Shown here: positions 23,273 to 32,000 of the stretch, piece by piece
Position numbering within the stretch: position 1 is the stretch's first letter
Layout: every line of letters begins with the position of its first letter
Notes under the pieces: model-generated
What the model saw: only the letters and a program-made list of their open reading frames with translations
What the model was told of the DNA's origin: nothing
Databases searched by the model: none
Source of the DNA: an uncultured bacterium
GTDB lineage: Bacteria; Verrucomicrobiota; Kiritimatiellia; RFP12; UBA1067
Direction of reading: 5' to 3'
NCBI GenBank assembly: GCA_902769585.1
Contig: CACXPT010000024.1
Coordinates: forward strand, 12,682 to 44,681
DNA: 32,000 nucleotides
Made by a program: the position numbers and the translations under genes

Positions 23273-23284
23273 GACGGTCGACCG

Positions 23285-26407
<3,123 letters not shown>

Positions 26408-26411
26408 AGGA

Positions 26412-26437
26412 AGCCAAGATTATACCAAATCTTGGCT
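26412..26437 (-). promoter_or_regulatory. 9-bp inverted repeat embedding a TGGTATAAT box immediately upstream of secA
   Basis: AGCCAAGAT (26412-26420) is the exact reverse complement of ATCTTGGCT (26429-26437). The minus strand reads TGGTATAAT (26427 down to 26419), then 11 nt, then ATG at 26407. No Shine-Dalgarno sequence is present. Confidence 0.35.
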
Positions 26438-26453
26438 GTCAGCGGGGGATTTT

Positions 26454-27794
26454 TTACGCGGTTGCGGTTGGGGCGTAGACTTCGTCGTGCTGGCTGGCGT
26501 CGAGGCCGAGGTCCTCGCTTGCGGGCGAGACGCGCATGGGGATCATGCGGTTCGTGATCCAGTAGAGCAGCATGCTCACGATGAACGTGTAGGCTATGAC
26601 GATGGCCACGCCGGCGACGGCGGCGACGAACTCCATGAATCCCGCGTGCGTCCACGCAATCAGGCCGGTCTGTGCGAACACGCCGGTGAATATGGTCGCC
26701 ACGATGCCGCCCACGCCGTGCGTGGGGAACACGTCGAGCGCGTCGTCCACGCGCGAGTGCGCCTTCCAGTACACCGCCACGTTGCAGATGAGCGTGGTGA
26801 GGAAGGAGATGGTGAACGCCTGCCCCACAGTCACGACGTCGGCGCACGGCGTGATCGCCACGAGACCGACCACCGCGCCCACGGCGGCGCCCATGCCGGA
26901 CGGCTTGCGGCCGCGCAGGCAGTCGAAGAGAACCCACGCCATCATTGCCGTCGCGCCGGAGGTGTTCGTGTTGAGGAACGCCTTCACCGCGATGCCGTCG
27001 GCCGCCAGCGAGGAACCGCCGTTGAAGCCGAACCAGCCGAGCCACAGCATCGCCGCGCCGAGGATGACGAAGGGGATGTTGGCCGGAAGGTTGGGCGCGC
27101 CTGGCGTCTTCGTGCGTCGGCCGAGGAAGAGCGCGCCCGCGAGCGCCGCCACGCCGGAGGAGGCGTGCACGACGATACCGCCCGCGAAGTCGTGTATGCC
27201 GATGCCCATCAGGTTGTGGAGGAAGCCGTTCGGATGCCACGTCCAGTGCGCGAGCGGGCAGTATATGAACACGCAGAACAGGATCATGAACACGAGGTAG
27301 GCAGAGAAGCGCACGCGCTCGGCGAACGCGCCTGTGATCAGGGATGGCGTGATGATGGCGAACTTCATCTGGAAGAGCGCGAAGAGCGCCAGCGGGATGG
27401 TCGGCGCGAGGGTAGTGTTCACCTTTGCGCCCACGTCGCGGAACATGAAGAACTGCGCGGGGTTGCCGATGAGGCCGAGACCGCCCACGTCATCGCCGAA
27501 GCTCAAGGAAAAGCCGAACACCACCCAGACCATGGATATGATGCCCATCGCAATGAAGCTCTGGAGGATCGTGGAGATTACGTTCTTTCGCCCGACCATG
27601 CCGCCGTAGAAGAAGGAGAGACCGGGCGTCATCATCAGCACGAAGATCGTCGCCGTGATCATCCACGCCACGTTCGCCGCGTTGAACTTCTCGTCTGGCT
27701 CCCATATGCCGGGCGTCTCGGGAAAGAATGCCCCGATTGCCGCCACCAGTGCCACCAAGCCCATCAGAATCACGTACCGCTTCTTGATCTTCAT
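26454..27794 (-). CDS. amt: Ammonium transporter (Amt family)
   Basis: This is ORF 26454..27866 with the start at ATG 27794 (MKIKKRYV...). The Amt signature regions are LMMTPGLSFFYGGMV, DFAGGIVVHASSGVAALAGAL and WLGWFGFNGGS. Confidence 0.95.
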   Translation of the reverse strand: MKIKKRYVILMGLVALVAAIGAFFPETPGIWEPDEKFNAANVAWMITATIFVLMMTPGLSFFYGGMVGRKNVISTILQSFIAMGIISMVWVVFGFSLSFGDDVGGLGLIGNPAQFFMFRDVGAKVNTTLAPTIPLALFALFQMKFAIITPSLITGAFAERVRFSAYLVFMILFCVFIYCPLAHWTWHPNGFLHNLMGIGIHDFAGGIVVHASSGVAALAGALFLGRRTKTPGAPNLPANIPFVILGAAMLWLGWFGFNGGSSLAADGIAVKAFLNTNTSGATAMMAWVLFDCLRGRKPSGMGAAVGAVVGLVAITPCADVVTVGQAFTISFLTTLICNVAVYWKAHSRVDDALDVFPTHGVGGIVATIFTGVFAQTGLIAWTHAGFMEFVAAVAGVAIVIAYTFIVSMLLYWITNRMIPMRVSPASEDLGLDASQHDEVYAPTATA

Positions 27795-27800
27795 GTCTGT

Positions 27801-27819
27801 CCTTTCGGTTTGCGAAAGG
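27801..27819 (-). promoter_or_regulatory. Hairpin that can sequester the amt ribosome-binding site
   Basis: The minus-strand RNA is CCUUUCG-CAAAC-CGAAAGG followed by ACAGAC-AUG. The 3' arm contains the AAAGGA Shine-Dalgarno sequence. A TGCTATACC -10-like box (27826 down to 27818) overlaps the 5' arm. Confidence 0.35.
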
Positions 27820-27828
27820 TATAGCAAA

Positions 27829-27862
27829 GCCCGTGCCAACGCGAGACGCGTCGCGCACGGGC
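27829..27862 (-). terminator. GC-rich hairpin between the porin gene and amt (terminator or attenuator candidate)
   Basis: GCCCGTGC (27829-27836) pairs with GCACGGGC (27855-27862), and an inner stem pairs GCGA with TCGC. On the minus strand the hairpin is followed by UUUGCUAUACCUUU, which is only a modest U tract. Confidence 0.4.
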
Positions 27863-27935
27863 GCATTTTGTGGCATGGCCTTTACACGATCCGTCCGGCG
27901 GCGGCGGAACGCTTTACACGCCTTGTAGGCGAGGG

Positions 27936-29318
27936 TCAGAAACGGTAACTGACCGTGACGGCGACAGCATGGGAGAGCCCGTTCGATGTCTCGAGCTTGT
28001 AGCGTCCTCCTGTAGAGTCGCTTATGTATAGGGGGTCGCCCTCCATGAAAACAAGACCGTAGCTGGTGGAAATGTCGAGATTGCCCCATGCATATCCAAG
28101 ACCGAACGTCAGGATATGCCGGTTGCCGGGCGGCAACATGGACGTGCCGTGATACTTGCGGCAGGGATCCTGGTCGAATACGTACGAGCCCATGATTGTG
28201 AAGTTCTTCGTGAGGTCGTACGCGGCTCCAAAGCCTACGCGCCAGGCGTCGTTCCACTTGAGCGTCACGGTCTTGTCGTGGTTGCCTGGGAGGTTGAAGT
28301 TAATCCCCTCCATGCACGACCATTGCGTCCAGGTCAGTGCCGTTCCGAGATGGAGGTCGTCCAGCACGTCATAGTTCAGACCCATCGTCAGCGACTGCGG
28401 TAGACGGACCTTTGCTGATGCCGTACCGTTTGCGGAGGACGCTCCCTGGTCAACTTGACTGTGGGCATTCTGGACGGCATTGTTGTATGCGGTGGCATAG
28501 GCGCCTGGGAAATAGGCATCGTACGGTCCCGTGCCAGGAAGAATGCCTAAAGCGGCCAACCTGGCGTTTACGGCAGCCTCCACCTGCGGTCCGATGGCAG
28601 AGTCGTCATACCCTTCAACTCTCGTATGGTTGTGGCCTTTGATCTTGCAGTCGATGAACGACTTGTACATGACGCCGGCCGAGAGCTTCTCGGTAATCTT
28701 GTAGCGGGACGAGAGTTGCCATCCCAAGTCCGTCATTCCGTTATCGCCCTTTAGGTGATCGTGTATGGTGCCGTATTTGATGCCGTCGCTCACCGCCATC
28801 TGGTCGGAGTACTGGTCGAACGAAAAGTACATCAGGCGCATGCCTGCAGATACTGACCAGTCCTCTGTGACGGCATAGGACAGGTTCGGGTTGAATGCGA
28901 TGCCTTCGATGGTGGTTTCTAGGGTGTCCCACGCCATTGACCAGTACTTATGGTAATGTGTGCCAAGGCCGTATTCCGGCGCCACGCCTAGTCCTAGCGT
29001 AAAACCATATGGAAGCGGCTGGGCGACATAGGCATGAGGAAGGATGAAGCAACCCGGATCCATCTTGTAGTCTGAACGCCCATTCACTGATGTGTCCGCC
29101 GTCGGGTGCTCCGTCGTCATGCCGATCGTTATCACCGTGTTGGTAAGGTCGCTCAATGTGGCCGGATTGTAGAAGTTTGCCGAAGCGTCCACGGCCTTGC
29201 CCATGACACCGCCACCCAATGCATTCCCGCGCGCAGAACCCTCATAAAGGGCAAAGCCGGCCGAAAACGCCATGGATGACACGCCAGATGCCAAAACCAG
29301 CAGATAAACCTTCTTCAT
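27936..29318 (-). CDS. Outer-membrane transport protein of the OmpP1/FadL/TodX family
   Basis: The ORF is 460 aa. The signal peptide is MKKVYLLVLASGVSSMAFSAG. The family-type N-terminus is FALYEGSARGNALGG...FYNPATL. Amphipathic beta strands run throughout, and the C-terminal OMP signature is VTVSYRF*. GC content is lower than the window average. Confidence 0.85.
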   Translation of the reverse strand: MKKVYLLVLASGVSSMAFSAGFALYEGSARGNALGGGVMGKAVDASANFYNPATLSDLTNTVITIGMTTEHPTADTSVNGRSDYKMDPGCFILPHAYVAQPLPYGFTLGLGVAPEYGLGTHYHKYWSMAWDTLETTIEGIAFNPNLSYAVTEDWSVSAGMRLMYFSFDQYSDQMAVSDGIKYGTIHDHLKGDNGMTDLGWQLSSRYKITEKLSAGVMYKSFIDCKIKGHNHTRVEGYDDSAIGPQVEAAVNARLAALGILPGTGPYDAYFPGAYATAYNNAVQNAHSQVDQGASSANGTASAKVRLPQSLTMGLNYDVLDDLHLGTALTWTQWSCMEGINFNLPGNHDKTVTLKWNDAWRVGFGAAYDLTKNFTIMGSYVFDQDPCRKYHGTSMLPPGNRHILTFGLGYAWGNLDISTSYGLVFMEGDPLYISDSTGGRYKLETSNGLSHAVAVTVSYRF

Positions 29319-29355
29319 GAATCATCATTCCTTATTAGGGGTAACGATGTGTGAC

Positions 29356-29384
29356 ATTCTACACGATTTTGTCGCAGAAAGCAA
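29356..29384 (-). promoter_or_regulatory. Sigma70-like promoter of the porin (and possibly amt) transcript
   Basis: The minus strand has TTGCTT (29384 down to 29379), a 17-nt spacer, and TAGAAT (29361 down to 29356). The region is AT-rich intergenic. An AAGGAA ribosome-binding site lies just before ATG 29318. Confidence 0.5.
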
Positions 29385-29466
29385 GAAGGAATGTGTCAGA
29401 AATTGATTTTTTGTCTCAAATGGATAAAAAGTCGCGTGAATTGCTATAATATTAGATATTTTTCGC

Positions 29467-32000
29467 CTAGCGAACTATGATTGTCGTGCCGCCGGAGGAG
29501 ACGGTCACGTAGAGGCAGCCGTCCGCGACGACGGTTTTTGCCATCAGGCCCGGCTGCGACAGCTTCTCGGCCGGACGCACGCGAAGCGTCGCTGGCACCG
29601 TGATCGCTCCCTCCGCGGCGGCGATGAACAGCGTGTTGCCCGGCGCGATCTCGCCGTCGTCGAACGACGAGACGTCGAGCACCGCGTTGTCCGCCACCGT
29701 GAGCGCGCCCGTGATGTAGAAGTAGCCGTCCTGGTTTGCCGCCGGCGCGAGGGCGCCCGTCACCGCGAGGTCGCCGCCCTGCACGATGCCGCCGCCTGCG
29801 AGGCCGCCCACCGTGGCCGTGCCGCTCCCGACGGCGAGTCCGCCGCCCGCCAGCTCGACCATCGTGTTCGCGAGCGCCGCGGCCGCATCCACCTTGAGCG
29901 CCAGCACGCCCTTCCCGCGCTTCACGAGGCCGCCGTCCGTCGCCCCGCCGAGCGCGGGATCGGTCTCGATCGCCTGCGCGAACGTGAACTCCGCGTCCGA
30001 CGCGAAGCGGGAGGTGTCGACGACGAGTCCGTTCGTCGACGCGTAGACGTGCGTGAGCGCGCTTACCGTCCGGGCCGCCTCCGTGAGGCCGAGCGGAAGC
30101 AGCGTGCCGCCGTTGCCGTAGAGGATGCCCGTCGCGTCCGCGACGCTCTGCGTGAGCGCGCCGCCCACTTCCCACGTCGCGCCCGTGTTCAGGCGCGCCT
30201 CGGCGTAGTCGCCCGCGTAGCTGGCGAAATCCACGTTGCCCGTCACGGCGAAAAGACCGCCGTTCAGCTCGACGAAGACGTCGCTCGTGCGCCCGTACGG
30301 GCTGAAGGCGAACACGGCCTCGCCGCCGAACGCGAGCGTGCCGCCGTTCACCACGAGGTGGGACGTCGCCGTGCCGGGAGTCTTGACCGCCGTGTACCCC
30401 ATGCGCAGGTTGCCGGCGAAGAACGCCTCGCCGGTCGCAATACAAGCCACCCGTGTTGACGATCCGTCCGCCGTTCATCTGGAACGTCAGCTCGGTGCCC
30501 GCCTGGGAGTAGAAGCTCATGTAGAACTGCGACGTGAGGGAAATCGTGCCGTTGTTGAGAATGAGCGTGGCCTTCGCGTTTTTCGGGGACGAGTAGTTGC
30601 CGACGCCGATCTCGCGGCTGTTGACGTCGAGCGTCGGCGCGTTCTCGGGATCGTCCACCTCGCCCACGACGAACGTGCCCTCCGAGACGGAGAATCCGCG
30701 CACGGCCTTCGTCGGGCCGTCGCCGTTGGAAAAGCGCGTTCTCGACCCGTCTCCGGAGTTATTCTGCGCCGTATTGACCGCGAGCGTGTCCGTGCCGTGC
30801 AGGCGCAGGGTGCCGGTTCCCAGCTTCAGGAATGCGGACGTGCCGGTTCTCTCGATCTTGCCCACCGTCACGTCCGACGCGCTCTCGAACACGGCCGGAC
30901 GGCCCGCAGCCGCCTTGAACTGGAACCCGGGGATCTCCACGTCAGGCCCCGTGTAGAGGAGCGTGCCGAGGCCGAGCGTGAGCTGGTCGGGCGACTGGAT
31001 GAACGACAGGTCGTCCATCACCACGCGCCCGCTGCCCGTCGTGACCTTGCCCGTGAAGCCGGGGGCGACCTTCAGGTTCACCTGGCCGGCGTTCGTGACG
31101 ACATGCGTGTTGACCGTCACGTCCCGGTCTCCCGACACGCCGCCTTCGATGCGCAGCTCGTTTCCGTTCATCGTCTCCAAGGACGTGTTGTCCGCAAGCG
31201 TGATGGGCGAGGCCACCGTGTTGGTGCCGGACGTGTTGATGATCCGCGTGCAGCGTCCGCCGCCATCGAGCGTGATGGAGCCGCCGGAAAGCTTGTAGCC
31301 GTTCTTCGCCGAGGACGCCGCGAAGTCGAGAGAGCCCACCGTCACGTCGCCCGCGAGCGTCACGGGCACGTTCGCCTTCGTCGCCGGATTGAACACGGCC
31401 TTCGCGTTTTCGCCGGAGGGCGGCGCCGCGTTGTTCCAGTTGGCGGAATCCGCCCACGCGCCGCCCGCCGCGACGCTCGTCCACACGGGGACGCCGTCCG
31501 CCGCGTTCGCGGCGCTCGCGAACGTCACCACCACGGCCTTCATGCCGTCGAGGTCGCCGCCCGCAATCGTCTCCTGCCGCGCCGTCATCGTGAAGCGCGT
31601 CCCGGGAGGGACCCGGAAAAGCGAGAGGTCCACGTCCGCGTTCGAGGCGCTGTACACGAGCGCCGTGTAGGTGCCCACGCGCGGGACGCAGTCGAGGTCG
31701 TACTGGCCGCTGCGCGTCGTCACGGCGACGGGCGAGAGGACCGAGAGCGCGTTCGACACGACCACGCCCACGACTCCCTCCAGATCCACGCGCACCTCGA
31801 GCGTCACGGGCTCCGTGGCGCCGGCTTCGCCGAGCGTGAGGCTGCCGATCATGTTCGTGGCGACCCAGGTGCTCGCGATCGTTCCAGGGGCGAAGTCCGC
31901 CGCGAACGGCGCGGCGTAGACGTCAGAAATTACGTAGCGCGCGCCGTCCCGCACGTGGATGCCGCCCGTGAAGGTGCCGGCGGCGAACGTGGACTCGTAC
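29467..32000 (-). pseudogene. Large autotransporter-associated beta-strand-repeat protein; 5' end beyond the window; frameshifted near 30450
   Basis: ORF 29444..31954 carries protein-like sequence down to ...FQMNGGRIVNTG and then turns into Arg-rich nonsense. ORF 29467..30450 continues with plausible sequence (ACIATGEAFFAGNLRMGY...GGLVKRGKGVLALK...) in the +1 frame. The frame stays open upstream to the window edge. It ends in ...VSSGGTTIIVR*. Confidence 0.7.

Noticed and set aside
23275-23284. Perfect 10-nt palindrome CGGTCGACCG between the convergent stops of the ATPase gene and secA, considered as a bidirectional terminator
   Set aside because: It has no loop, only 5 bp per arm, and no flanking T/A tracts. 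It is too small to call.
29444-30450. C-terminal third of ORF 29444..31954 (Arg/Gly/His-rich, about 330 aa)
   Set aside because: It is an out-of-frame read-through after the frameshift. The parallel frame 29467..30450 has genuine beta-helix/PATR-like sequence and the conserved C-terminal tail.

Overview
High-GC bacterial chromosomal window. Tat-signal glycoside hydrolases and giant autotransporter-associated beta-strand-repeat proteins suggest a PVC-group organism (Lentisphaerae, Kiritimatiellae or Verrucomicrobia); this is inference only. Housekeeping genes: epmA-like EF-P lysyl ligase, IlvD/Edd dehydratase, secA, and amt preceded by a FadL-type porin. Accessory genes: an RND permease divergent from a small ORF plus its adaptor, a Tat GH5, two stand-alone AAA-type ATPases (PF09820-like with PD-(D/E)XK, and AAA_14/DUF4143-like), and a XylR/AraC-type regulator followed by a secreted repeat protein and two clan GH-A-like hydrolases. 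The standout is a GC-rich palindromic repeat family with a 19-nt core, CCGGCGCG-GGG-CGCGCCGG, present as 7 forward and 3 inverted copies within about 3.6 kb. All copies seen lie inside coding sequence and preserve the reading frame. One insertion sits in the IlvD/Edd gene. Three sit in a NadB/SdhA-like flavoprotein gene, and one of these carries an IS200-like HUH/Y1 REP-associated transposase (RAYT) module. That module is in the same orientation and frame as its host and has no stop codon of its own, so 4087-6069 is a single 660-codon ORF. Other points: two frameshifted genes, each shifted at a short G run; an 8/15-nt tandem repeat inside a PD-(D/E)XK ATPase gene; a shared C-terminal G-x-T-[VI]-I-[FV]-R tail on the two repeat giants; and extended -10 boxes abutting start codons, suggesting leaderless mRNAs. 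No rRNA, tRNA or CRISPR was seen. All family calls are motif recognition by eye, not database searches.
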